Shown here piece by piece: positions 20,378 through 32,401 of a DNA stretch of 64,000 bases. Location: contig OZ219790.1 of assembly GCA_964291215.2 (NCBI GenBank), positions 2,400,001-2,464,000 on the forward strand, read 5' to 3'. The DNA is from Alphaproteobacteria bacterium. Lineage in GTDB: Bacteria > Pseudomonadota > Alphaproteobacteria > MPNO01 > UBA830. The translations under genes were made by a program, and so were the position numbers. The notes beneath the pieces were generated by a model. The model saw nothing but the letters and a program-made list of their open reading frames with translations. It did no database searches and was not told where the DNA came from. Within the stretch, counting starts at the first letter, position 1, and each line of letters starts with the position of its first letter.

Positions 20378-21060
20378 ATGACCACCGGAAACGAAACCAG
20401 ACGCGTGGCGGGCGCGGCCTCCGGCCCGACGCCACGGCGCCGGCGAGGGGAGGCATCCGTGACGGAGACCGGGGACGGCGTCCTTGCCTGGAAGGTTCTC
20501 CGGCAGGTCGTCGAATACGGGAAAGCCTGGCGCCGGCACGCCGCCGGCGTGTCGGACGTGCCGGAACCTGGTCCCTTCCCCATCCGGACGGAGGCCAACC
20601 TGGCGGCGGAGCGGTTCGAGATGCTCGCTTGGGAAGACCCCTGGAAGGCGGACGGCCCCGCCTCGCCCTTCTGGCGTCAGGACGGGATGCCGGAGGGCGT
20701 GCCGGAGCCGCTGCTCGGGCTGATGGGAGGCGCGGTCGAGGGGCTGCGCCTGCTCGGCGGCGGTCTGGTGCTCAAGATCGAACATGGCGGAGCGGCGGTC
20801 CGGATCGACCTCGGGAATGTGGTGCGGTTCCCCGACGACGGCGGCATTTCGATCAGGTATCCGTTCGGGCTGCGAATGCCGCTGTCGGTCCGGCGCCTTC
20901 TCGACTTCTGGAACGTGGCGGGTCTTCCGGTCCTTCGGAACGGGCAGGGTCGGGAGGCACGGTTCGCGAGATCGACAGGCTGATGACGGTGCTGGCCGGG
21001 CTCTGGGCCGGCAAGACGCCGCGCGGGATCGCGGAAGACATCTGGGGCAAGGGGGCTTTC
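20378..21060 (+). pseudogene. DUF6499/DUF2285-like ICE activator remnant
   Basis: AW..LR...Y..AW, EDP......PFW, and out-of-frame L..L.G...GKTPR.IA..IWG. Confidence 0.6.
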
Positions 21061-21089
21061 AACCAGACGGGCTTGAGTCACCATTCATG

Positions 21090-22310
21090 AGGCCTTACAT
21101 AGTGGCCCATGAGGATCGGCTTTCGACATCTGTCTGCGAAGACGGTTGACTGGGGGGCGTCGGCTGCCGAGGGCAGCACGCCCTGGCGCGGGGATTGTGC
21201 GAGCGCGAGGACTGGCGCAACGCGAAGGGCGAGCTGTGTCTTGCCGCGTGCGGGTCTGCCTGACCTTGCTGCGTCGCTCGACATCGTTCTTCCTGCACCA
21301 AGGCCTGATGCCTTCGGCACCCTTGAGCGGGACTATCCCGACAAGCTCCTCGCCTGTTCTCTGGAGGACCTTGGAGAGGTCACCTTGGAGCCTGTGGGCG
21401 AGGACAAGCGCCCGTTCGATGATGGCGACCTGGCATCCCGAGGCGTGCGCACCCGGGTGAGCTACTGGATCACCTCGTCGCGCCACGGTCGCCTCGGCGG
21501 CCTGGTGTTTGGTGCGGCGAGTTGGCACCAGAAGGCGCGCGACGACTTCTGGTCCCAGGGAGCCCGTGTCCTCGGCGAGATCGTCAACAACGATCGCTTC
21601 CTGATCCTTCCATCGTGTGAAGGAGTTGGCCTCCCATGCCCTGCCGGCGTCTGGCTGCGGACTGAGAAGTACGGGGTAAGGCCGGTACACGTATGTGGGT
21701 CCCGAGCACAGCGGCGTGAGCTACCGGGCGGCGGGCTGGGAGCGCTGTGAGGAGATGACCTCGGGTCGACCTCCCGGGGCCACTGGCCCGGGCGTGCAGC
21801 GGTCCGTATTGATGAAGCCTCTGGCGCGCCGTGCCGGGAGCGTGTCGGCGCCCCTTGTCGGCGGTGACAGCTGGGCGATGAGGGAGTACGCCCTCAGCAG
21901 CCACAGTGACGTGCGCATCCGCGAGCGCCTTGTCACCATGGGCGTGGGACGATCGTCCCGGCGAGATCCTGCCGACGATCTTCCCCGGCGAGGCGGAGCA
22001 GAAGGCGGCCTACCGCTTGTTGTCGAATCCGAGGGTGATCATATCCTCGAGGAGCACTAGGAAGCGATGGTGGAACGCTGCCGTTCGCAGCGCCTGATTC
22101 TTGCCATCCAGGACACGACGTTCTTGAATTACAATGGCTTGGAGGTGGGTCTTGTCGACATCGGCGGCTCGGGCGCCCTTGGCATGGCGGCCCATGCCGG
22201 GGTTGCCTTCAGCGAAGGCGGCTCATCCCTCGGCCTGTTCCATCTCGACGCCGACTTCCGCCTCAAGCCAGAAGAAGGACGAGGCAGACGACAAGGAGAG
22301 CCGGCGCTGG
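21090..22310 (+). mobile_element. degraded IS4 (IS50/Tn5-like) transposase with N-terminal DUF4338-like domain
   Basis: GRLGGLVFGAASWHQKARD, IVNNDRFLILP, G.SYRAAGW; then KAAYRLLSNP, ILAIQDTTFLNY. Confidence 0.78.
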
Positions 22311-22322
22311 GGGGGGGGGGGC

Positions 22323-23575
22323 GGAGGTACTGTAACTTGATGTCTGGAAATTTGTCTGAGGTTTGCGCTTTGAGGCGTTTCACTGGGGGGCTAGCCCCCC
22401 AGTGAAACGCGGCGCCATCGTGCTATCCCATGGAGTTGGAAAACCTTCATGGAGGAAGCGAATGGACCTGCGACACACTACGACGATCTGGACTGTTTTG
22501 GAACATCTGATCGCAAACGGAGCAACGGATCTGGGGCGGGTCTTTGGTCAGCTCTTCGAGCTTGCGATGCAAATCGAGCGCGAGCAGCACTTGAAAGCGG
22601 GCCACCGGACACCGGAACGACAGGGCTATGCCAACGGCTACAAGCGGATCGACACCCCCACTGTTACCGTTCAGGTGCCAAAGACGGCCGCTCACGGGGA
22701 CGATCCGTCCCCAGTCGCTTGAACGCGGCCAGCGATCTTCTCGCGCCGTGGCCGAGATGTACATCAAGGGTGTTTCCACGCGGCAGGATGTAATGCGCGA
22801 GTTCGGGAGCCTGTCCTCTTCTCAGGTCAGCCGGGCCACCAGGTTGCTCGATGAAGAACTCGCCGCGCAACCGGCCCCTGATGAAATACCTGATCCTGGA
22901 TGGCACTATGAAAAAGCCCGCCATGACGGCGTTGTGCGCGATGTCGCAGTGCTCTCGGCCATCGAATAGGGGCTGCAGGCACGTTCTGGGGCTCTCTGTG
23001 GCGCTCTCCGAGGCCGAGGTCCATTGGAGAGCCTTCCTGGAAAGCTTGCTAGCCCTGCATGGTACGACCTTCATCGTCTCGGATGCCGGGCTGAAAGCAG
23101 CACGACGCGCGGTGCTGGGCGCGGCGACGTGGCAGCGCTGCCAGTTCCACCTGGCGCAAAACGCCGTGCACCGAACAACGACATCAGGAAACGTATTGGA
23201 AAACAGCTCAGAGCCACGCCTCCTCACTCCAAACCGCCGAGGCTGAACTGGCCGCCCTCGTGGCCAGCTATCGCGACAAGCATCCAGGCTTCCTGGCTGG
23301 AAAACAATGCGGGGCTCGCTGTCTTCACCTTGCCCGATGCTCACCGCAAACGTATGCGAACCTCGAACGGCATCGAGCGACCGATCCAGCAAGAGCTCAA
23401 GCGGCGCACCTCCAAAGTCAGGGTCTTTCCGAACCTCGCCTCGTTGGAGCGCCTCTCAACTGCAGTCCTCATCGACGAAAAATGGGAAACCGAAACCAAG
23501 GCATACATCAAATGGGAACAGCTCGATGACTGATAGCTTCACGACAATTTCCAGACATCAGATTGCGTAATCTCC
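22323..23575 (+). mobile_element. IS256-family element (degraded)
   Basis: IRs containing TGATGTCTGGAAATT; EMYIKGVSTR, WQRCQFH, RTSNGIER..QELKRRT...RVFPN. Confidence 0.9.
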
Positions 23576-23639
23576 ATGACATCATCGATAGCAGATCCAC
23601 ACCAAAAAAACAATCTATTTTGGCGCGAGCCCTAAGGAG

Positions 23640-23908
23640 GAACTTTAGCCCGAATTATTCACGAGCCTGCTGTGCATTGATCGTCGCGTGCGTGATCGGC
23701 CGGGTTGACGGCGAGGGTTCGATCTGGACTTGAAGGACGCGTTGGGGGTTGATGGGTGTGGTTCGTACCGCGGCTTGCGCCGCGCCGGTCACGGGCCTTG
23801 CGCGTTGATGCGCCCCCGCGGCCAGCAGGACAAGCATGTGGCGGTTCGGGAAGGCCGTCGGCAGGGCGATCCTGATTCTTGTTTTCAATTGCTCGACACG
23901 CACGGCGA
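23640..23908 (-). mobile_element. IS1380-like 3' fragment
   Basis: IAVRVEQLKTRIRIALPTAFP. Confidence 0.55.
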
Positions 23909-24720
23909 CCGTGGGTCGGCAACGGATCTATGATCGCTGAAGATCGAAGAGCCGGGGGTGTCTTGTGGAAGAAGCTTCGACGGCGCGGCAAGAAGCCGAA
24001 CTGGAAGGGCGGATGCCGTTCCGGCCGGGTCCCTGTGGACATTTCTGAGCGCCCTGCGGAGACAAAGCAACGGGTCGGCGACTGGGAGCCATCATCGGCA
24101 AAGCTCACAGTGGAGTTGTCGTGTCGCTGGTTGATCGTGCCACGAAATACACCTTGCCGGGACGGGTGGACAGAAAAACCGCAGACACGGTCGGTCATAA
24201 TGCTCGGTTCTGGTGCGCTATTGGTCTACGTCAGACAACGGGGTTCGCAGACCACAGCCGTGTCGCTGAAGCACTTGACGCAGATTTCTTCTTCGCCTTT
24301 CCATTCTTGGGAGCGCGGCTTGAATGAGCACACCAACGGCCTGGGAGTACTTCCCAAAGGGCGCAGACATTCGCGCGATATGCAACGAAGATGTTCAGAA
24401 GGTACAGGATCGGGTCAACACTCGGAAAGCCTTGGGATCGTCAACGGAGGTAATGTTCGACCTTGAAGTGAAACCGTCCTGACCATCTGCGTTTCGAAGC
24501 CGCAACGTGCAGCAGGGTCCATGCCGCGCGACGACGAATTAGTGGCTTGAAGCCGACAAAGGCGTTGCATAAGCTCAATGTTGAAGGAACTGAAGCTGTT
24601 TCCAGGCGGAATTATGAGGGGCAGAGGGGGAAAATTTGCGCAACCCGGCCCTCATCTCCGTTCGGGCTACGCCCTCACTGCGATGAGGGCCGGATGTTGC
24701 ACTTCAGACTGGAAGTGGGG
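23909..24720 (+). mobile_element. IS30-family partial copy 2 (3' two thirds)
   Basis: homologous to 18461-19255; retains segments deleted in the other copies. Confidence 0.88.
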
Positions 24721-24746
24721 ACATATGAGCTTGCTGTTCTGCGGAT

Positions 24747-25271
24747 TCAGCCAGCGTGAGGAAGGCGGCCGGAACCGCGAAGACGCGCCAAAGCATCATT
24801 CAGCGCCCGCGCCAGATCCTCGCGCTCCCCAAGCGTGAGAAACGCCCCGATCGTTAGCGACCGGCCGTGACTCGTCAGGACGAGCTCTGTCCTGTGGGGA
24901 GACAGCGTCCGGCATTCGACCCGCAACCACGACGGCTGGAACCGCCAGCGCGTCGACGCAGCCGAAGGCGCAACCCGCTCCACGGTCAGCACCCGCTCGC
25001 TGAGTTGCACGATCTCGTGCGTCCTGGCCCACCTGTAGTTCAGCCGGAACAGCAGATAGATAAGCACAACATCAAGACCGAAAAATCCCATGACCGGCCA
25101 CGCGCCCATAAGTGTGAAAGTCAGGCCGACACTGAAGCTCGTCACGCCGATCACCAACATCAGGATCACGAACCCCCGGCGGTCAAGGCTCGTATTGGGG
25201 CGGAGGATGGCGTCGAACAGGTAGCGGTCGCCATCTCTTCGCGAGCGTCCGATGGAACGAGTGTCGTTCAT
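24747..25271 (-). CDS. DUF2244 membrane protein
   Basis: LRPNTSL..RGF, GAWPVMGFFGLDV, IGAFL...ER..LA. Confidence 0.88.
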   Translation of the reverse strand: MNDTRSIGRSRRDGDRYLFDAILRPNTSLDRRGFVILMLVIGVTSFSVGLTFTLMGAWPVMGFFGLDVVLIYLLFRLNYRWARTHEIVQLSERVLTVERVAPSAASTRWRFQPSWLRVECRTLSPHRTELVLTSHGRSLTIGAFLTLGEREDLARALNDALARLRGSGRLPHAG

Positions 25272-25384
25272 ACCCGAATCATAGGAAAGTCTGACTGTAA
25301 GTCAAACCCGGAAGGCGCCGTCGGCACCGTTCTCTCCGTCATCAGCCCGGTGACGCAACACACGCCATGACGCGAGGCCTAGCC

Positions 25385-27514
25385 CTGCCTATTAGTCACA
25401 AATCGCGCAGGGCATGATTATGTCCTTGCGATGTCGGCTCCAGATCGAGGGCATCGAGCAGGCATTCATAGGCCAGCGCCGCGGTGGCCAGTCGCGGATA
25501 GCCACATCGTCTGGTCGCCCAGTAGCGGATCATGCTTGCGGTTCAGATATCCGCCGAGGATCGCCACCAGCTTCACCGCCGCCCCCAGCGTGGGTCCAGC
25601 CGGTATCGCCGGGCATAGTCACCGAGGAATCGGAGTTCCAGGTCCGAGAACAAGCAGTCGGGCTTCATCGTCGGCACGTCCCGCCCGAGCAGGGTCATCA
25701 GGGCAAGACGCCAGGCGATCACGGCATGGATGGTGATCTGCCGTTCCAGCCGGCAGGCCTTGCGCGTCGCCAGGTGCTCCACCCGGCAGCCGGACTTAAG
25801 CACCCGGAACCAGCAGCGCAACACGTACCAGCCGACGACCTCCCGCGCCGCGTGGTCCACCGGAAGGTCGGTCAACAGGAACCATTCCACCGGAGCTTCC
25901 CCGGCCGGCGGGTCCGTCTCGAGGAGATGCAGCGCGGTCACGGGCGCCGCATCGGGGCAGCCGGCAGCGCGGTCGACAACCAGCGCAATTCCAGCACCGC
26001 GTTCCGCCGGGGAGTGCGTTGCTTCTTGCGCCCCGAGGACTTCGGCCGGGCCGTCAGGCGGGGAATGTCGATCTGCATGGTGCCGCGGCAGGCGCGCAGC
26101 CGGGCAAACAGCTTCGCAGCCCCGCGCTTGAGGACCCGGTCATCCGCATGAGCATCGACAGACGGCGATGTTGCCGGTCGAACAGTTCGAAGAAGTCCGC
26201 TTCCCGCACGCACACGACCTTCACCCCGGTCGTCCGGGCCGCGAGGTCGTCGAGACCGTCGAGCCAGCGCTGCGACTTGCGCCGGGACATCTCGGTATCC
26301 TCGCCCGGGGCGCGGAGGAGCGTCGAAGGCAAGACGCGCCAGCGGCAGGCCTTCGCCGCTGACGACGTAGCTGGCGTGCAGGTACAGGGTCTGCGAGGCC
26401 GTCTGGTTCGTGCCGATGATGCCCGACCGTCGCAGACGAGTCGCGAAGTTCAGGTCCGTCCCGTCCTGAATGCACAACGCTACCCGCGCATCCGCTGCAC
26501 CGTTCGCTGACGGTGCGGCGCCAGGATGTTCGCCGGGGTCACCGCCGACATCTCTGGCTGATCCAGGAACCGATAACAGACCGGCAGGATCCGGGCGCCT
26601 GCTGCAGGACGACATCGGGCTCTCTCCCTGTCTTCGTGCAATCTCCACCAGGCGTGCGCTCAAACGCCGATCGGCGTTCCCCCGAACTCGTGGTGCGCCC
26701 ACATCGATGCCCTCCCCCGGGGACAGGGCCGGCTCCGCCACCCCCAGCTTCCGCCGCCAGTCCCGGTCCAGAACGTACATGTACACCGCCTTGACACTCT
26801 CGGCCATCTCGCGTGCGCGGTCCTGGCGGCCCCGGGTGAACCCCACGAGCTGCCGCCCGCAGGCTCGCACCGTCGGGTCGACACAGGTCTCGACCAGCCA
26901 GGGCAGGAACCTGTAGCGCTGCGAAACATCGGCGCGCAGGCGAGACAGGCACATCGACAGCGTCTTCGACGCAAGGTTCGGAACCGGCACCCGGATCAGA
27001 AACCGGCTCATCGACAACACCCGGTGCCGTTCCGCACGACGCTGGTCGGCATCCGATCTAGGCATCCCGATCCGCCACCTTCAGCGCCGCTGCCGCAAAG
27101 CCGAAACCGCCGAGACAGCCGTGAGCGGAATCCACCAGATAGCGCAGCTGATGACCGGCCAGGGTGGGGGCGCCGAGAAAGTGCTCCCGCGCCATCAGTT
27201 CGTTCCAGTGCGCCCGTGCCCGACGCCGCCGACCGGACGGCGCTGGCAAGCTCTCGATCCTGCCCTGCGATGCAAGCTGCTCCAAGGCCAACGACACAGC
27301 TGGATACCCGTCCCCGTGCGTCCCGCAGGCCGAAGTGCCGGCACACTACCAGCGCCAGGCGGTTTCGACTACTATCGCCGCTCTCGGTCACGATCGATTG
27401 CAGGCGATCGAGCTGGTCCTTGAGGACGCGTTTGATCGGAATGTGCGCTTCCATGCAGGGCACGGTGCACCATCCGAATTATCTCGTTCAGCACGATTTG
27501 TGACTAAAGGGTAG
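25385..27514 (-). mobile_element. IS50-like IS4 element with DUF4338-like domain; both ends present, ORF degraded
   Basis: IRs CTGCCTATTAGTCACAAATCG / CTACCCTTTAGTCACAAATCG; flanks GCCTAGCC / GCCGAGCC; CIQDGTDLNF, VCVREADFFELF, WFLLT, FRVLKSGCRVE. Confidence 0.85.
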
Positions 27515-27522
27515 GCCGAGCC

Positions 27523-29065
27523 CTGCCGTGTAGACATAAATCTACTAGGCGATGGTTTTTTGGCGATGCCCGCTGCGCCTGCCATGTTGGCGGGATTTAG
27601 GCGCGGTTCGGCTGCTGTCGCCGGCTTGAGCGGCGAGCGCGGGTGCAGCGGCTCGGGTAGCAAAAGACCCACTGAACAACTCCGGCGCGAAGAGTCGCGG
27701 CATGGCACAGTCACAGATTCAGTCCACGCGCGGCGGAGCCCCGGATTGCCGCGATTCTGGCGCGGGAGCGGTTTGGCAGCCGCCACACGCTCGGCCACCG
27801 TCTGTGCGAGGATTCAGGGACCGGCGGGCCGTTTGCAGCTTGCCGGTTGTCTGAAGGCTCTGCGGGCTCTGGGGGTGCGCTCGGAAGCAATTGTCCTTCC
27901 ACCGCCGCGGGCGGAATCGGTGCGCCCGTCGCTTCTGGAGACGCCGATAGCGCCTGCGGAGGGAGTTCCGGACCGGCTTTCGGAGGTTTGAGATTGCAGC
28001 GGTGGACACGCGCGCGGGCCGCCGGGTGTGGAACACGCTGATGACATACGAGCATCCGCGTGACGATGTTTGCCGGCTGCGCTATCTCGTTGGCTCCGGG
28101 CATGGTCTTTTGAGCGCAGTGGGGATTTCTGCCGCCGCGACTGTCGGCACGCGACCGGGGGTGGGACGAAGCGCAGCGGCGGGACAATCTTGACCGGATT
28201 GTCGGTCTGAGTCGTTTCCTGATCCGGCCGGGTGTTGCCAACCTTGTCAACCATGTGCTGGGGCGTGTTCTGCGGCGTCTGCCGAGGGACTCGAGGTGCG
28301 TTACGGTTTTCGGCCGTGGCTTGTCGAAACGTTTCTCGAGGATCAGGGGGCGAGCCTGCGCACGGCGAACTGTGTGCGTATTGGCGCGACGGCGGAGCGC
28401 GGCCGTCAGGATCGCGAGAACCGCGGCCGGTGAATTCATGTACGCGCCAGCGGCGGCGTCTGGGGGTTCCGGAGGCGGCGCCGGCGCTCGATCCAGGCGA
28501 GGGGCTTGGCGTGTGAGCGGCGAACGAGTTTAGAGGTGCGCGGTTGGGCGACAAGCGGTTGACGGCGCGGCTGGTCAAGAGCGCGACGCTGGCGTATCCG
28601 GGGTGCGCGCAATGTCGAGAGCGACGAGGCTGCGGTGAACGGTTTCTACCGGCTGATCGAGCATCCTGCGGACGTGACGGTCGAGAACATCCTCGCGCCG
28701 CACCGCGAGCGCACGGGCATGCGCGGACAGTCGACGGTGCTCGCGATGGCGCCGGTCTGAACTTCACGCGTCGTCCGTACGGCCTGCAGATCATCGGCAA
28801 GAACCAAACCGGCGCCCTGGGATTGCACCTGACGCTTGCGGTGAACGGGCTGCCGCTCGGCGCGCTGCGCTTCGACAAGGCGGACAGCGCGCGCAAGACC
28901 CGGCGCTGGGGCTCGAGGACACGCTCCGGGCGACGCGCGCGCTGACGCGCAAGACGCGGATGATCGCGGTGTGCGAGGCCGACTGTTTCGAGCAGTTCGA
29001 TGCCGGACGCCGCGGGTCGAACTGCTGGTGTGGGCCAAGCACGACCGCTGCCTGGCCGGCGAACC
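27523..29065 (+). mobile_element. IS50-like IS4 element with DUF4338-like domain, 3'-truncated
   Basis: end CTGCCGTGTAGACATAAAT; WNTLM..EHP, LRYLVGS.HG, SRFLIRP, GDKRLTARLV, GLHLTLAV.GLPLG. Confidence 0.75.
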
Positions 29066-29670
29066 AAGGTGATCCCATGCTTGTTGATGTGATGTGATCG
29101 GAGTCCTGATCGCGGCGCGGGTCGACGCGTTCGAGGCTGCGATTTTGAGATTTTCTGACGTGCTGTTACGGCGCGGGGCGCGATTGGTCGGCGTATCCGG
29201 GGCGAGCGAGAGGCCTTGGTTGCCGGGCTCGAAAGCTTGCAGTTTCTGTCGGGGAGAGAGGCGCGGTCAGCCTGGTCTTGTGATTGCGTGCAGGACCTGC
29301 TTGCGCTTGTTGGCATAGTGGCGTCGACGAAGCTGTTGAAGGGTTTGGGCAGCTTGCGTTTGTTGCGGATGATGACGGCGAGGGTGATCGCGTTGTTTGC
29401 GGGCGAGTTCGGAGCATGGAGTCGTCTTCGCGGAAGGTGGCATCGCGGACATGATGATGGCTCTCGACTACCCAGTGTCCGCGATTCCATGCGAGCAACT
29501 GTTGCGGCGAGGCGCGTTCGACCGAGCATCCATGTTTCTTGGCAAGGTTTTTGCGGGTGTCTGTGGTGATGTTTTCTGTGGTTGTCCACAAGCGGTATGG
29601 GATTTGCTCTGCGAGCGAGGCGACATGAAGCTTGTGGTCCCGGCGGCGGGTTGCCGTCCATTGGTCACGT
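29066..29670 (-). mobile_element. ISAs1-family transposase 3' part (degraded)
   Basis: LLAWNRGHWVVE.HH.RD.TFRED. Confidence 0.8.
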
Positions 29671-29879
29671 GAACGCGGCTACCTTGCCGTCCCCGGGCAC
29701 GTGACCGTCCGGGTCCAGGTGTCCCAAGGCGGTTCGATCTCCTCAATGTCGGCCTCGACGATGATCTGCAGACATTCTCCCCAAGTCGTGTCGTAGAGGG
29801 AGACTGTCGAGACAGTCCCGATCGCGCTCTCGGCAGGGCCGTGTCTCCTTCGCTCGCTCACCGGTGCTTCAGGCAACGC

Positions 29880-30720
29880 TGCTGTCGCAGCAAGGTGTTC
29901 GCCAGAGCTTGCGCATCACGGCGACAATCGCGACCTTGCTTGCCGGCAGTCTTGAGGCGCACCAGGTCCGCGTTGAAGCGGGCCGGTCGCGGCCATGAAC
30001 AGGAGATCATGTGGCCTTCGGCGCCCGCCTCGGATATGCCGAGCACCGTGGTCGTTGGCGCCACCCCGATCAAGGCTGCCGACGCTGCCGAGTTCGGGCA
30101 TCCAGAAGGGCCGCGGCGGTCACCGGACCGGGGATCGAGGTCAGGGTACCTCTGCTCGGGATCACCGGCGATCACCGCTTTGATCGCCGCGCCGGCAATG
30201 CGGTCATCGAGATCGGCCGCTGAGGCCCTTGTGACGGTCTCGCCATCCACCTCATCTGCCACCTGCTTGGCGTCGACAAGCGCGGCACCAGGAGATCCTC
30301 CAGGCTCTTGAGGAAGGCGGAGCCACAGGCTCAAGATCGCCCAGCCGATCTTGGCGTCGACGCGGTTGGCCCATCGCCTCGGCGAAGCGCCCGCAACGGG
30401 TTGACGAGAACAACCTCGAAGCCCCGGTCATGAAGACACTGGTGAACCTTGTGGTGATAGCGGCCTGTCGCCCACCACCCGGCTCACCCCGAGGCCGCGA
30501 AGCCACCTGCCCGTGGCGTCGTTCGCAAAACAATGCGCCAGATGTCCAGACTGGCTGACCCCTGCTACTACCTTGACCATCGCTCCTCGCCTTACGATGA
30601 TACGGGTTCAAACCCAAGCATCCAGCGAGGGACGTCAAGGGAGGTTGCCAAACTCGGACGCGGCTCTGTCAAGGGTCAAAACGGCAACCTCCGCGGAGAT
30701 CCTTTGATCCCCGCTCCCCT
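29880..30720 (-). mobile_element. IS110-family remnant with upstream non-coding end
   Basis: RFAEAMG, AALIGVAP, HIRGGR...LLFMAA, RFN.DL..RL..AGK. Confidence 0.55.
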
Positions 30721-30829
30721 GTGCATGTTCGCTCAGGGGAGCGTAATCTCTCTGCAACCATAGCTCTCCCACAGATCCACATTTTCCCGCCCCCAACGCT
30801 GTGGATGATTTCATCATCAAGGGGACAAA

Positions 30830-32123
30830 ACCTGGTCATATGGCGTGTTCGGTTTTCCGGATTTCCTGAATTCGACGCGCCGGGTGACGCGGAAGATCTG
30901 CTTGACTAGTTGATCATCTTCGCCAGCGGGGTGAAAATGGTGCGCTGGCGGCCATGCGCGGGCTTTTCGTTGTAGCGTTGGCGGTCTTCCAGTTGATGCT
31001 CTCGAAGGTGCGTTGCCCTTGACCATCAGTCCGCGCGATGGGTCTCGATGATCAGCCTCGCGGGTGGTGTGGAGCGCGTCGAGGGTGAGCAGACGGCCGT
31101 CGCGGCGTGGACGGCAGCGATCTCCCCGCCGTGACAGTTGAGGATCGAATACCGGCCAGCGAGACCGTCTCGTAATGATCCTCGCCGGTGCGCTTGCCGT
31201 CGACCGCGTTGCCGACCTGCGGCTGCGCGCCGCGTCCTCAATCCATCCCGGGTCGGTAGCACCCGGTACACGGTGGAGACCGACTTGTCCCTGTTCTTCC
31301 ATGCTGCTCCAGCTCCTTCTGCGTCGTAGTGCGCCGCCGCAACCGCACCGTGCCGGTTCGCAAGCCAGCAAAATCACGCACAGCACCGAGGCGATGCCCC
31401 TGCGCACGCCGGAAAGCGCCGCTGATAAATCGAGCGCAACTCCTGCGCCGACCAGCGGCGCCCGCAACTCCCACGCCACAGGAAGCGGCGAACGATCCCG
31501 CAGCCGACATCGCGACGCAGCGGAAACACGTAAAGATCCTTCGCCTCCCCGGTCGGTATAGCGCCCGCTGGCGCGCGCATAGCTCCTGCCAACGCACTCC
31601 CAGTTCGCCGCCTTGTACATGGTGCCGCTGAACTTCGTCGGCAAGACAAACGACTCCGCAACAAGCAACGGCAGCCTCCCAGTCGCCGCCGCACCATCCG
31701 CGACAACGCAAACGAGGCAAGGCCCGGAAACGACCACCAGGAACAACAAACCTCGTGTTGTTCCCGGCAACCGCCTGAACTGTTCCTCGCGGCGCCAGCC
31801 AATCCAACGGGTGCGCAGCTGAGGGCGCCCGTCTGCCAGCCTGCAGTGCCAATCCACCGCCCGCGCCAGGTGAACACGCAGACCTCGACCGGCAAACTGC
31901 TTGAAACCAAGATACGGTCAACGACACGGTTCCAGCGACATCAGGCCGCGCAAGGCGCACAACCACATCCCGGAGCGCAAAACCCTCCGGAGTCGTCTCA
32001 AAAAAATCCGCTGCCCCCACGACAACGGATACTACGCCGCTTCACAAAAAGCCAGCGAAAATGCGAATCATCCTGAACAAGCAAAACCGACCCTTCCAAC
32101 AAACCTAGCGTGGGATCGCCGTG
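30830..32123 (-). mobile_element. ISAs1-like element with N-terminal DUF4338-like domain (degraded)
   Basis: RWIGW, ESFV.PT.FSGTMYKAANW; then LLTLDALHT, MVKGN.P, VKQIFRVTR; end CACGGCGATCCC. Confidence 0.7.
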
Positions 32124-32401
32124 CCGGCGAACGGAAGCTGTTCGCGACTGTCAGCTTCGGCCCCCGCTGCGGGCCTGGTCGAATGCCTCGGCGAGCGCGG
32201 TAAGTCGAGCAAGGCCAAGCTGCGCGCGCAAAGCGTCTTACGCTTTTGCAAGGCCACCCTGCCGGCCACTGTCGAAAAGCCGGTCTCGGCCGTCCACCTC
32301 ATCAAGCGCAACCCGCCCGGCAACGAGGACCCGATCCAGTGGTTCCTGCTCACCACCGTCGACCACGCCGCAACCGCCGCCGAGATGATCGGATATTACC
32401 T
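32124..32401 (+). mobile_element. IS4 (IS50-like) internal fragment
   Basis: NPPGNEDPIQWFLLTT......A.EMIGYY. Confidence 0.7.

Noticed and set aside
20378-21090. FseA-type programmed frameshift
   Set aside because: No recognisable slip motif and the shift is far downstream; decay is the simpler explanation
21090-32123. Druantia defence system
   Set aside because: No DruE-like helicase or other dru genes; the domains lie inside IS ends
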